Shown here: positions 50,203 to 60,710 of the stretch, piece after piece | How positions within the stretch are numbered: the stretch's first letter is position 1 | Layout of the letters: each line of letters starts with the position of its first letter | Assembly (NCBI GenBank): GCA_000165345.1 | Contig: CM000435.1 | Coordinates: forward strand, 448,001 to 512,000 | Length of the DNA stretch: 64,000 nt | Direction: 5' to 3' | Notes under the pieces: model-generated | Database searches by the model: none | What the model was told of the DNA's origin: nothing | Seen by the model: the letters and a program-made list of their open reading frames with translations, nothing else | Translations under genes and position numbers: made by a program

Positions 50203-52755
50203 ATGAAAGGAAAATATAAGACATTTTTTAGTTTCAATGTTGATATTTTAAAAGATAATAAAACAAACCCATATGGTCCCTTTTCGAGAAACGATGAGTT
50301 ATCATTTGAGGAAATAGGGTACCTTAGATATCAATTAGACTATAATGAGTTTTTCAATACTAAGGTCGACGATAAGGAAAATCTAAGTAAGGTTTGCCAA
50401 AAGAGAAACTCTTGCAGTTCAACAAATAAAGATTCCTGGGTTAAAAAGGACCTTGATTCCAAGCGGATTTCTATATTAGAGCCTGTTACCAGTGAAAAAG
50501 TTGAATTAAATAAAGTTAGCGAGGTAATTGAATCGTTAAGCTTAAATTATATACAAAAAGATCAAGCTGTAATTTCTCCAATAGATTCGCAAGACAGTAA
50601 CTATGCTGCATTTAAATTGGGTAGCTGTGGTAATTTTGACAAAAGTGAGGAAGGGGCTTCTTTTCGCTCCGAAGATAATTACTATTTGGTCTCATTATTT
50701 GGTGTTCATAAATATAACTCAGAGAAAAATTTAACTTTTGAAAAATCCCTTTTTTCTATGGGATTGATTTCAACCATGAATCCTTATCACATAAGATCTC
50801 GCTCATTTAGGGAGTCAATCATGCTAAATCACATCAATGAAAGGTACAATAATTATTCAAAGCTCCAACTATGTGCTGTCCCATATATGCTTTACCAAAT
50901 CAATTTGGCTTCTGTAACTAACAAGGATGATGCTCCAAGGTTGAACCAAAGCTCGTTTAAAACTGGTTATTCTTTTACCTTGGAAATCAACCAAAGTTAT
51001 AAGCGGACCTTTATGCTTAAAAAATTAATTGGGTCAGGAGCAAATGCGAGTGTATTTTCTTCTGATGTTTGCACAATAGTGAACGAAAACCTGGTTAGCG
51101 TATTTTCATGCGCTGTTAAAGTTCAGCATAAAGACCTTGGGCTCAATGTTAGGGAAATTTATGGTGGGCTATCTCTTTATAAGAGAAATAAAAAACGCAT
51201 AACAGGTATTATTAAGAGGGCTTCTATAGAAATTGAGAAACCTTTGATTCTGAATGAGTACCAAACAAATAGTTTTAATGAAGATATTAAAAAAAGGTCG
51301 CCGCTAGTTCAAAAAACAGCCAGAAGCTCAATAAGTACAACTTATTTACCCGGAAGTAATATACCCTCTAGTAGGAATTCGTTAAACTCGTGTTTTGCCC
51401 CTATGGATACTGCAAATGAGAATCAATCGAATGAAAATATGGCATTTAGGACTTCAGTGAGTAGCCTTGCACATACTCCAAACATAAGCTTTTATGCAAG
51501 TTCAGGAAACACTCCAATAAATAATTTTAGAAAGAGCTCAGTATCTTCTGTAAAGACAGCTAGTAGAATTTCTGTTTCTTCACACTGTTCTTGCAACTAC
51601 GTTGACTCCGCTTCTGACGGAAGTTCTTTAACCAATCCAATTGAAATCGGAGAGGGGGTAACCATATTTTGTATAACCGAGCTATATATAGTTTCTCAAA
51701 GCTCATCAGGGATGATCCAGAACATCTTGACTAGGGAGATGATGAAGGGCAACCGAGAGCAAGAAAATAATCAAAAGAATGCGGAATTAAATGACGAACT
51801 TAGCGCTTCTGTGGGTATCTCAATACTACCTACATTTTTTGGAGCGCAAAGCTTACAAAACATACTAAACGAGTTTTACCTAAGGAATGGAATGACTATG
51901 GAAGAGCCTATCCTGTTATTTCTCACTTATCAATTTGCTGAAACCCTCCTTGCATTTAATGAAATGAAAATATTACATGGAGATATTAAGCCTGACAACA
52001 TATTACTATATCCAAATCCTAGTTTTTGTGAGGAAGGCTGGAATAATGATACAAACCTGTTTACTTGTCACCCACTGATTCCAGAGAGCCATGAATTACC
52101 GATATTCATGTCAATAATTGACTTTGGGAGAAGTCTAGATATAGGAGAAATTTACAAAAACACCTTCTTTGAAGGAAATTGCCATGCAAAAAGCTTTCTT
52201 CCTCCTGTAATGTTAGAAAATCTCCCCTGGCTTCACCACATTGATATCTTTGGCATTGCCTCCACAATACATTGCTTAATTACTGGAAGATATATGGAGC
52301 TCACAAAGTGGAGCGATGAGACCCTCAGGTGCTTGGAATATAAACACACTAAAAATAAACAAGATGAAAATGATATTCTTAAAGTTTATAACTATAGAAT
52401 TAAGAACCAGAGTTCATGTCTTAAAAGAAATTGGAGAATAGAGTTTTGGAGCAATTTCATGACTAATTGTATCAACTTTTGCCCCATTCTCGACTCTAGA
52501 TCTATACCAAATTCTGCTGAATTCCAGGGCTCTCTCTGTCATAATAATAAAACTGGGCTAGTTTCAGAACAGACAAAAGGTCTTCATGTTTCCCAATCAA
52601 TTGACGAGATCTCGCGAAACATTACTGTTTTCTTAAGAAAGGTTCAAGCGGACATCATCTCGATTTTCCAAGAAGACCAACAACTCAAAACTACTCTTTA
52701 TAAGCAGCTCTTGAAGATTAGGAAGCAGCTCCAAAATGTCTCCACCTCAAATTAG
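50203..52755 (+). CDS. protein kinase with Bub1/BubR1-type catalytic domain (C-terminal), long divergent N-terminal region
   Basis: GSGANASVF, AVKV, ILHGDIKPDNILL, IIDFGRSLD. NLPWLHHIDIFGIASTIHCLITGRYMEL parallels Bub1 [28 protein letters not shown]. Confidence 0.5.
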   Translation: MKGKYKTFFSFNVDILKDNKTNPYGPFSRNDELSFEEIGYLRYQLDYNEFFNTKVDDKENLSKVCQKRNSCSSTNKDSWVKKDLDSKRISILEPVTSEKVELNKVSEVIESLSLNYIQKDQAVISPIDSQDSNYAAFKLGSCGNFDKSEEGASFRSEDNYYLVSLFGVHKYNSEKNLTFEKSLFSMGLISTMNPYHIRSRSFRESIMLNHINERYNNYSKLQLCAVPYMLYQINLASVTNKDDAPRLNQSSFKTGYSFTLEINQSYKRTFMLKKLIGSGANASVFSSDVCTIVNENLVSVFSCAVKVQHKDLGLNVREIYGGLSLYKRNKKRITGIIKRASIEIEKPLILNEYQTNSFNEDIKKRSPLVQKTARSSISTTYLPGSNIPSSRNSLNSCFAPMDTANENQSNENMAFRTSVSSLAHTPNISFYASSGNTPINNFRKSSVSSVKTASRISVSSHCSCNYVDSASDGSSLTNPIEIGEGVTIFCITELYIVSQSSSGMIQNILTREMMKGNREQENNQKNAELNDELSASVGISILPTFFGAQSLQNILNEFYLRNGMTMEEPILLFLTYQFAETLLAFNEMKILHGDIKPDNILLYPNPSFCEEGWNNDTNLFTCHPLIPESHELPIFMSIIDFGRSLDIGEIYKNTFFEGNCHAKSFLPPVMLENLPWLHHIDIFGIASTIHCLITGRYMELTKWSDETLRCLEYKHTKNKQDENDILKVYNYRIKNQSSCLKRNWRIEFWSNFMTNCINFCPILDSRSIPNSAEFQGSLCHNNKTGLVSEQTKGLHVSQSIDEISRNITVFLRKVQADIISIFQEDQQLKTTLYKQLLKIRKQLQNVSTSN

Positions 52756-52810
52756 ATATTACTTTAATGCTTTTCTTGAGTCCCAATCTCATAAAAGGTT
52801 TGTTATTAAT

Positions 52811-52840
52811 TGCCGCCATTTGCTGGCGGTAAATGCATGT
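52811..52840. promoter_or_regulatory. inverted repeat TGCCGCCAtttgcTGGCGGTA plus ATGCATG, about 170 nt 5' of the HEAT-repeat gene
   Basis: attgccgccatttgctggcggtaaatgcatg. Confidence 0.45.
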
Positions 52841-52999
52841 ATATGTGTGGGGTGGTAATAGTGCCGGGATTAATAATTAGTAATAGGCTTATAATTCTTG
52901 GTTAATATTGCTTTTTTTTTTTTTGTTATTCTTTTTGTTACTTTTCTGATTAAAAATTCAAATTTTGGTCTCCTTTCCAACTGTGACAAGGTCTAAAGG

Positions 53000-55107
53000 A
53001 TGCTAGGAGCCCAACAACAGAAAAGAATAGAGTCCATTCGACAGGAGTTGGACTACTGTCTGCATAAAATGAATGATGTTGATAGTGTTGGAAGAGGTAG
53101 GTTGTAATTTTTTTCAAGTAATTTTTATATGTACTAACTTGTAATCCGAACACAATTGAAGGGCTCGAAGACCTTAAGATTTTGGTCGCAAGAATGGAAC
53201 TGGGGGACATCCATGGAGTACTCTCAAGCGGCCTCTTGGACTCTGATAAGATGAGACCAATGGGCAGGAGGTTCAGCGTCAAAGTAGTTGACTATATTGT
53301 TGAGCGCTTTGGAACGGAACGCACTCTGCCCTACATCTCTTCAATAATGGCATTCTTAATTCAAGGATGCAAAGATATGGAAGTGCATGTCCAAAATTCA
53401 GCAGTCTCAACTATAGGATTAATTGCCAGCTCATTTCTTGCCGAAGAGATTTTTCAACTTAATCAGGATATTGTAGACAATTTCTTTGATCCATTATTTC
53501 AATTCTCAAAAAAGGAAAGCAATCCAACAATTCAAATTAGTTCGATTGCAGCAATTAGTTCTGCGATAGATGGGATGAGTACAAACCTAGTAATTATGAA
53601 TCTTAATAAACTTATGGGAAACTTGGTTCCAATTATGATGAATCCTAATACTTCAGAGGCATGTAGAGCTGTAGTAATTGACACTTTGAGAAAGTTGGTT
53701 GTTCTTGTCTGGACTTTTCTACAAGAAACATCTTTTGGAAGCTCTCCAGGTATGTATGATCTTAAGCAAAAGCAAAATATGGACCCAGAATTGAATGTAT
53801 GCGCAGAAGGTCTTGAATTAAAACAAGTTGAGGGTATTAACGATCATTTGATCCTCCCTATTACTTGGAAACAAATCAGCAGTATTTTTAATGGGATACT
53901 TAAAGAATTACACCCTAACTATACTACAAATAGTAAGAATACCAACGTTAGAAGTGCATCTCTCTCTCTTCTAACTGAAATCATGGTTTGTTGCTTTGTT
54001 GCACAAGCGGGAGCTCTCTTGGCTGCGCACAACAGCAATATCCCTTTGCAAAAACCCATTGATGGAATTAAAACTTATGCAGAAGTCATAATTAATGTAG
54101 TAAACCTTGGAGCTAAAGATAAGTCGCCCAAAGTTAGAGAAGTTGCTCAATATTGTATTAAAAGGCTTCAAGAGGCTAATGAAGCTTACATTCCTGATGG
54201 TAGCGAAATGATGAGTTTTACTCAAAACATACAAATAATCGAAAAGGAACAGCTCAACAACCAAAATATTTCTAAGAGTTCTAAATCCCGAAATAGAATT
54301 ATGAATGAAAATTTCTTTAAAAATGCAACCGATGAGATTTTAGTTAAGCATGTTTCGCCTCCCTCAAGCTGGAGACAAATACAACGCAACGCTATAGAAG
54401 ACAAAGACCAACAGACTAAGTTAGATATGACAACAAAGAGTAGTGAGGAAGAACAAGTTGATAAAGAAGACCAATACCCTGCTTCAGTTTCTAGTATTAC
54501 GGAAACTCAGTCAGTCCATAGTAATAGTAACAGTTTCGTGGGTGCGAACGACTTACTTCCTCAAGATAATACAAGCAATACTCAAAATTACCCTCCTCTG
54601 CATCTTACTGAGGCTGTTAACCAAAATCTATTCTTGCCAGGCTCTAAATATTCTGCAATATCTTCAAATATAAACGCTCCTCTTCCGTCTCCCCTTTATA
54701 TCGTCACTCAACCTCCAGTCATTCAAGGCAATGTGATGAACCATTCAGGTATTAATCAAGAATCAAGTGAAAAACAATTAATTCTCGAAAAGAAGGTAGA
54801 AGAACTAAGTAAAGAAGTAAAAAGACTTATTACAAGACAAAACGAACTGGAAAATGTCGCCCATGTATTAAAGATGGTTGCGATACATAGAGTGGACTCC
54901 CTGGAAGAGAAGATAAAAGGCTTGTCAGATTCCCTTAGGGAGACTAAAAAAGAAGTAAGGCTAGAAATGGACGAAATCCAGAATGAAAAGGCAACCTTGG
55001 AAGAGGACTTAAGACATTTGTCTGTAAATGAGAGAAAGGAGATTATTGGAGATTTTCGCAGGCAATTATATAACAAGGCAAAACAAATAGTAGTTGAAAA
55101 CAAGTAG
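53000..55107 (+). CDS. HEAT/ARM-repeat protein with C-terminal coiled coil. join(53000..53096, 53162..55107)
   Basis: Exon 1 MLGAQQQKRIESIRQELDYCLHKMNDVDSVGR, donor G|GTAGGT, 65-nt intron ending TTGAAG, in frame with ORF-track 53182..55107. Confidence 0.5.
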
Positions 55108-55195
55108 TAGAGATCTTTAAGTAATGCTTCTACTTCCAAAAAACTTTTTTTTGTTAAAATACTAGGTTTAAAGATAAAAAAATTAAAAGTTATAC

Positions 55196-55747
55196 TTAGT
55201 CTGACTTTAAGTTATTCATCTTCGGGATTTTTTCAAAGCTCTTATTGAATTTCTTGGAAATATTGTCGATGTGAGGGGACACCTTTGGGCCTACAATGCT
55301 TGTGTAGAAGGAGTTGATGTAGTTCTTAAGTAAGAAAATATTGACTGCGACGGTAGTGAAAACAAAGAATCCAAGGTTTCTGAGAAAAATGGATGAAAGT
55401 GCCAATACTAAGAATGAAACAAAAGAAATGAATGGGAACTCCCATGAAATAGCGTCTATAGCAAGTTCAATCTTCTTGTTCATACATTCTGCAATGGAAC
55501 TACAATGCTTTTCGAGCATTTCAGATGTTACCAAATCCTTTTTTTTAATAGCTTCAAGTTTCTCTGGAGCTACCTTAACACAAATTCCTCCAGCCAAAAT
55601 CAAGAGAGAGAACACTGAGCAAATGAATCCGAAGAAGTTCCTTCCAAAAAAGATCATAAATGCATTAAATACGGTTGAAGCAACCACTGATTTCCACAGA
55701 GACGACCCATCGAGGAATCCCTTTATCATGCAATTGCATTCTGTCAT
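55196..55747 (-). CDS. small membrane protein with two long hydrophobic hairpins (reticulon-like topology)
   Basis: 183 aa, two hydrophobic segments of about 35-40 aa. Confidence 0.3.
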   Translation of the reverse strand: MTECNCMIKGFLDGSSLWKSVVASTVFNAFMIFFGRNFFGFICSVFSLLILAGGICVKVAPEKLEAIKKKDLVTSEMLEKHCSSIAECMNKKIELAIDAISWEFPFISFVSFLVLALSSIFLRNLGFFVFTTVAVNIFLLKNYINSFYTSIVGPKVSPHIDNISKKFNKSFEKIPKMNNLKSD

Positions 55748-55948
55748 CTTTTTGTCTAGTTACTCTTTCAACTTTACTAAACTGATAAATTATTAGAGAA
55801 GACTTAAAGTATTTTATTAATTATTTCCTCTAATGTCTGTTATGTCTTTCCCTCAAAAAACAATCAACGAGAACCCCCAAACCAAACTTTTTGCAACTTT
55901 TAAATAAGAGGGGTGTACCCCGAATAAAATACACAAAAATTCGAGACT

Positions 55949-55960
55949 AGTTGGCGCCAG
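55949..55960. promoter_or_regulatory. E2F-like agTTGGCGCCAg about 200 nt 5' of the reticulon-like gene
   Basis: GGCGCC core. Confidence 0.4.
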
Positions 55961-56071
55961 AAACATGAATGACAACAAAAATTAATTAAAACAGAAATTA
56001 TAAAATAGTTTGTAATAGTAATAAAAATTGTAGATTCATACTATGCATAATAATAAATATATCCTGTAGGC

Positions 56072-56965
56072 TTAGCTATTCTCCCTGGGAAATAATGCTG
56101 TTAGGAAGTCGGTTGATGTTTTTGTTATGTTATTTAAAAGATTATTTGGATACTCTATAAGCTCAAAATCGTTTCCATCCTCATTGTATAGTTCAAAGCA
56201 GATTGGAGCGGGGCGGATGTTTACATTGTAAATAGGGATCTGGTTCCTATATGCGTAGTGCAGACAACAATCCGTGCAGAGAACGCTGAATGATGTCCCA
56301 ATAAAGATCATTAAGTCAGCTTCGTTCATCCATGTTTGGGCTTTTTCCCACTCATAGAAAGTATGACTGGTATATGATTCGTCAAACAAAAGAAATAATG
56401 GTAATGATGGAGAACTGCAAGAGGGACATGACCATTTTAAATAGAAGTCCTTTGGGATCTTGTTATCTTGGTTAAAAAGCCCTTTCCAATCTATATATGA
56501 AAATTTTGAACTTGAATAGTCACAATTAGGATTTGCACATCTAAGGTAATGAATTCTTCCGTGAATTTCAATAATATTTTCTCTTGGGCAATTTGTCTGT
56601 TGCATGAGCCCATCTATATTTTGAGTGATTACTTTGATTCTGTTAGGAAAATCTGAACACAACTTTGAGAGTACTCTATGTCCTTCATTTGGTTTAGCTG
56701 TTAGAAAGCTGCTCCAGAATTTGAAGTTATTTTGAAATATAGAATACCATTTTATGGGATCTTTTCTGAAACTGCCTATTGTTGCCCAAGCCTCTAGTTC
56801 AGAATTCCAAATCGCTGAGCCATCTCCACCGTCAGATTCCGATCTAAAAAGTGGGATTCCAGAGTCCAAACTTAGCCCTGCCCCTGTAATAAAGAGAATC
56901 TTCTTGCCACTATCAAAAATCTCGCTTCTCAGACTTGCCAAGACCGTGCCAATTCTAGTGTTCAT
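56072..56965 (-). CDS. SIR2: Sir2-family NAD-dependent deacylase (sirtuin)
   Basis: GAGLSLDSGIPLFR, TQNIDGL, HG...C..C...C..C zinc module. Confidence 0.8.
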   Translation of the reverse strand: MNTRIGTVLASLRSEIFDSGKKILFITGAGLSLDSGIPLFRSESDGGDGSAIWNSELEAWATIGSFRKDPIKWYSIFQNNFKFWSSFLTAKPNEGHRVLSKLCSDFPNRIKVITQNIDGLMQQTNCPRENIIEIHGRIHYLRCANPNCDYSSSKFSYIDWKGLFNQDNKIPKDFYLKWSCPSCSSPSLPLFLLFDESYTSHTFYEWEKAQTWMNEADLMIFIGTSFSVLCTDCCLHYAYRNQIPIYNVNIRPAPICFELYNEDGNDFELIEYPNNLLNNITKTSTDFLTALFPRENS

Positions 56966-57447
56966 TGATGTTCAATCTACAATCAATTGCCTCTGAAAAA
57001 TAATCAACTTAATAACCCTAATAGAACTTGAGACTATATTTTTAAAGAGAAAGGATGCAAGATCAACCTAGGAAAAAAATTTCTCGTCCCCGGAACGAAT
57101 TGCTAATATGTTGAACAAAGCGACGTCTGAATTAATAACTCTATTAAAATATTAATCAGCGCTTAAATAGTTCATAGATTTCTTTATCGCACTACTTAAT
57201 TAAGAAATATCCATACTGCTAATGGAATACCTCGTCAGTACTTAGTGCTCAGTATTAGTAGTTATGTAAAAGTAAAGTAGTTTCAATTTTCTTTCATATT
57301 TACATTCGACTTCCTAATCGAAGACGTTATCAAAAAACTGTCATGATGGAATTTACTTAAACAAATATAACGTGTCTCGGCTTCTAATTCCCCGCTACTA
57401 AATATTTATTAGTACAAGATCAATGACGAGTGCCTGTGTGCTAGAAA

Positions 57448-57529
57448 GGTGTGGTGACCGAGTGGTTAAGGTGGTGGCCTGCTAAGCCATTGTGCTCTGC
57501 ACGCGCGTGTTCGAATCACGCCCACATCG
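57448..57529 (+). tRNA. trnS-GCU: tRNA-Ser (anticodon GCU), class II with long variable arm
   Basis: Acceptor GGTGTGG/CCACATC (one G-U), D-arm ACC-GAGTGGTTAA-GGT, anticodon stem GTGGC/GCCAT with loop CTGCTAA, variable arm GTGCtctGCAC, T-arm GCGTG-TTCGAAT-CACGC, discriminator G. Confidence 0.9.
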
Positions 57530-57535
57530 TTTTTT
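57530..57535 (+). terminator. Pol III oligo-T terminator directly after the tRNA
   Basis: TTTTTT. Confidence 0.7.
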
Positions 57536-57843
57536 CCCTTTTTCTTTTTTGCATTTTAAACTTTTTCTCTATTTTAGTTAAAGAAAAAAACAATCGTTAA
57601 TTTACATATTTACATATATTTTTAATATTTATACTAATTTCCCTAGCATTAAATTCAACATGAGATAGAAAAATACAATAGATCTCGAAAGACATGATGT
57701 GAATTATTTTTGTACACCTCCTTTTTCCAAAAAACTGTTTTCATTATGCTGAAAGAAATTCATCCAAGAAATTCCATTACTAATTATATCCCTGCTTCTG
57801 CATTATCTTTTAACTACAAAGTTTCGCAATCCGACTATTAGAG

Positions 57844-57855
57844 ATTGGCGCCATA
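57844..57855. promoter_or_regulatory. E2F-like aTTGGCGCCAta about 90 nt 5' of LSm6
   Basis: GGCGCC core. Confidence 0.4.
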
Positions 57856-57940
57856 TCTGCTCCCGGTTAGTATCGTTGTGAGCACAAAGTTTTTGGAAAA
57901 TTAGAAGCCATAAACCAGAAGTCTAAGGGTTTTTGAAAAT

Positions 57941-58195
57941 ATGGCAGACTCTGGAACTATTAAGCAAAATAACAAGAGCCCCAGTGATTTCCTGAGACAA
58001 GTCATTGGAAGTCCGGTTATTGTTAGATTAAATAGTGGAGTTGATTATAAAGGATTACTGGCCTGCTTAGATGATAGGATGAACATTGCCATGGAAGACA
58101 CAGAAGAATATGTAGACGGAGTATTTGTTGAAAACCACGGAGATACCTTCATTAGAGGAAACAATGTTTTGTACATTTCTTCTCCTCCAAAGTAG
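57941..58195 (+). CDS. LSM6: Sm-like protein LSm6
   Basis: PSDFLRQVIGSPVIVRLNSGVDYKGLLACLDDRMNIAMEDTEEYVDGVF...GDTFIRGNNVLYIS is near-identical to the LSm6 consensus. Confidence 0.85.
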   Translation: MADSGTIKQNNKSPSDFLRQVIGSPVIVRLNSGVDYKGLLACLDDRMNIAMEDTEEYVDGVFVENHGDTFIRGNNVLYISSPPK

Positions 58196-58442
58196 AAAAT
58201 TCTTTCAAGTTACCTTAAATTAAGAAATTGAATGTAAATTGTTAGACTCATCTAAAGCTGACTAGTAAATTATTTAGATAGCTTATTAGAATCCAATGAA
58301 TTTAGGTCCGTTTTTAATCTTTGTTTTTCATATTTTCGGTAATTCGTTTGACGAAAGTCTGGAATTGCGGTTAAAGGGTTTTTGATGCATAAAATCGTTT
58401 TGTTCAGATAAATTACAAGTTTAATTAAGAGAAGCAAAAAAA

Positions 58443-59594
58443 ATGACTGAAATTTCAGGTTCACTTTGGAATGCAAATAACTGGCACTGGGAAGAGAAAG
58501 ATTATTCTAAATGGGGTAAAGAAGAGCTAAGAACAATCATGGAGTCTATTAAGTATTCTTTTGAGCTCGAAGCTCCAAAATTTGAACTATCATTCTCAGA
58601 TCTATCAATCAGAGGTGAAGCGTCTATTTCGGTAAGGAAAAAACAACCGATTTTAGCCTATGAGTTTTCAATATCTGGAACTTGGTCAGTAAATGAAGTA
58701 GAAAGTCAAAAGAAGATCATTCTTGGTCAAATTACAATTCCAGAGTTCTCTGTGGATAATTATGAAGAAGACTTCCCTATTATGATCACATGCAAAGAAG
58801 TTATAAGTAAGGACTACAACTCAGAACTTATTCTTTCAGAGATGAAAAAGAAGGTGGTTGTAAAACTGAGAAAAAAACTTATGGAATTTCATAATAAACT
58901 ATTAAATAAGGAGAACGACCAAAGAAAGATTGAAACTGAGAGAGTTAAAAGAGAGGAAGAAATTAAAACAGCAGAAATTGCTAGAGTTGAGAAGGAAGAG
59001 GAGAAAAGACAAATTTACAATCAACAAATTGAAAAGGAAACGTTAATTAAACAAAGAGAATCTGAAGCATCAACTAAAACAATTGATCCTCATCCTCAAG
59101 CTCAAGGAAGTGTTTGGAATGCAAACAATTGGCACTGGGAAGAAAAACCAGAAACCAACTGGGTTATTTCTACGTTAACAAAGATGATTGAAGATCTATC
59201 AACAAATAAATCTGATTCAGGAAATTCGGATCTGATCCCAATCAGCTTCTCTGAAGTGAAAGTGACTGGGGAAGCATCCTCAAGCGTCAGAAAAGGCAAA
59301 AAAATTTGCGTCCTAGACTGCAGCGTTTTTGGGAGATTTAATGCAATCATTCCAGAAGGAATGTTAAGTCAAAACAAAGAGTCAAATCTAATTGGCTCAT
59401 TTTCTCTTACAGAGATTAATATGATGGATACGCACGATTACGGAAAGAAAATTAATTATGAATCAGCAGAATTGGGATTAAAGACGGCTGATATCCCAGA
59501 GTTTATTGATTTTAAAGGAAAAATAGAAAAACAAATTTTGGGGAGTTTAGATAGTGCGATACAAAAGTTCTGTGTTGAATTTCTAAATAAATAA
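58443..59594 (+). CDS. AHA1: Aha1-related Hsp90 co-chaperone with two tandem Aha1 N-terminal domains
   Basis: SLWNANNWHWEEKD at residue about 6 and SVWNANNWHWEEKP at about 212. Each is followed by an S..V.GEAS...RKGK motif. Linked by a K/E-rich helix. Confidence 0.7.
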   Translation: MTEISGSLWNANNWHWEEKDYSKWGKEELRTIMESIKYSFELEAPKFELSFSDLSIRGEASISVRKKQPILAYEFSISGTWSVNEVESQKKIILGQITIPEFSVDNYEEDFPIMITCKEVISKDYNSELILSEMKKKVVVKLRKKLMEFHNKLLNKENDQRKIETERVKREEEIKTAEIARVEKEEEKRQIYNQQIEKETLIKQRESEASTKTIDPHPQAQGSVWNANNWHWEEKPETNWVISTLTKMIEDLSTNKSDSGNSDLIPISFSEVKVTGEASSSVRKGKKICVLDCSVFGRFNAIIPEGMLSQNKESNLIGSFSLTEINMMDTHDYGKKINYESAELGLKTADIPEFIDFKGKIEKQILGSLDSAIQKFCVEFLNK

Positions 59595-59645
59595 ATAGAA
59601 TTAGCTACTATAATTTTGATATACTACAAATCTATCCTTCATGTA

Positions 59646-60290
59646 TTATTTTGAGAATTCACTCATAGCCACGTTGGTCTTTCCATCTCTTAAATCATAC
59701 ACATAAAGAACAACCTTATTGCCTTGAAGGGCCATTAGCATGAAGGATGGAGGAGCATCTGGAGTTAATGCACTAAATGCCCCTGTTGCTGTTCCAGGGT
59801 TTAGAAACAATTTACCATTTTTCTCAAAAACCCTTAATTTATGTGTGTGTCCAGTTACTAATATATCGCAATCTAGACGTCTTTGCCATTGCTCAAGAGA
59901 GCCAGGATCGTCCCATGGAAGAACCTGGTTTCCATGCATCAATCCTATCTTAAATTCTCCAATCTGTACTACTACATATTCGGGAAACACGCCATTACTT
60001 TCAGGGTCAGGATTAAAAATTGCAGAGTCCAAGTCTCCACTAACTATGTATACATTTTTGGTAATATTTTTCAGCATTTCCACGTATTCTTGCGAGCATA
60101 CATTACCTGTGCAGAGAACGTAGTTGATTTTATCAGTAGCCAGCAGCTCTCTAAAATTTGACGGCAACTCTTTTGCTCCGTAGGGAATTTTTAAATCACC
60201 AATCAATAGCACTAAATCTCCAAAGTCTGTGGAACTCATTCTTATAGGAGTTGTTTGAGCTTCGGATCTTCTTATTATTAAAGCTATCAA
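59646..60290 (-). CDS. VPS29: retromer subunit Vps29 (metallophosphoesterase fold)
   Basis: LVLLIGDLKIPYGAKELP...YVLCTGNVCSQE...VYIVSGDLD...FKIGLMHGNQVLPWDD...DILVTGHTHK...FLNPGTATGAFS aligns with Vps29. True start may be the internal MSSTDFGD (60239). Confidence 0.85.
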   Translation of the reverse strand: MIALIIRRSEAQTTPIRMSSTDFGDLVLLIGDLKIPYGAKELPSNFRELLATDKINYVLCTGNVCSQEYVEMLKNITKNVYIVSGDLDSAIFNPDPESNGVFPEYVVVQIGEFKIGLMHGNQVLPWDDPGSLEQWQRRLDCDILVTGHTHKLRVFEKNGKLFLNPGTATGAFSALTPDAPPSFMLMALQGNKVVLYVYDLRDGKTNVAMSEFSK

Positions 60291-60500
60291 AACTATATTT
60301 GCATAAATAAATTTACTTAAAATTCTATTAATTAATATTTACGAATCGCAGTCCTGAGGAAACTTCTTCCTTATAAAAGACTATTTTTTTAATTAAAGAT
60401 GAATACCTTAAAACCCCCAATGTATTAATTTATAGTTTTCCTACTTCTTTAGATAGCTTAGTCTCTTCTCAGACTCAAGCCTTAATTAGGGCTTTCGCAA

Positions 60501-60520
60501 TACCCCCCAATACCCCCAAC
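60501..60520. repeat. direct repeat TACCCCCCAA TACCCCCAAC in the Vps29/secreted-protein divergent promoter
   Basis: C-runs are unusual in this AT-rich DNA. Confidence 0.5.
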
Positions 60521-60536
60521 CGAAAAATAGCCATTT

Positions 60537-60570
60537 GAGTTGGCGCCTAAAGTTTGAATTTTTTGCATGC
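60537..60570. promoter_or_regulatory. E2F-like gaGTTGGCGCCtaaag followed by TTTTGCATGCAA
   Basis: GGCGCC 60542-60547, GCATGC 60565-60570. Confidence 0.45.
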
Positions 60571-60710
60571 AATGATGATTTTTTGATCTAAAAGGAGTTA
60601 ATAGATAAATAAGAAAATTCTTTATATTGGATATGTAACCTGAGATTTACAAGGAACTAGAACCTTTCTTTCGCACAACTTACTGTAAAAGTTAGGTAAT
60701 TGCTTTAAAG

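Noticed and set aside
59646-60290. N-terminal 17 residues of Vps29 ORF (MIALIIRRSEAQTTPIR)
   Set aside because: Not conserved in Vps29. Internal MSSTDFGD at 60239 may be the real start. Kept full ORF coordinates but flagged.
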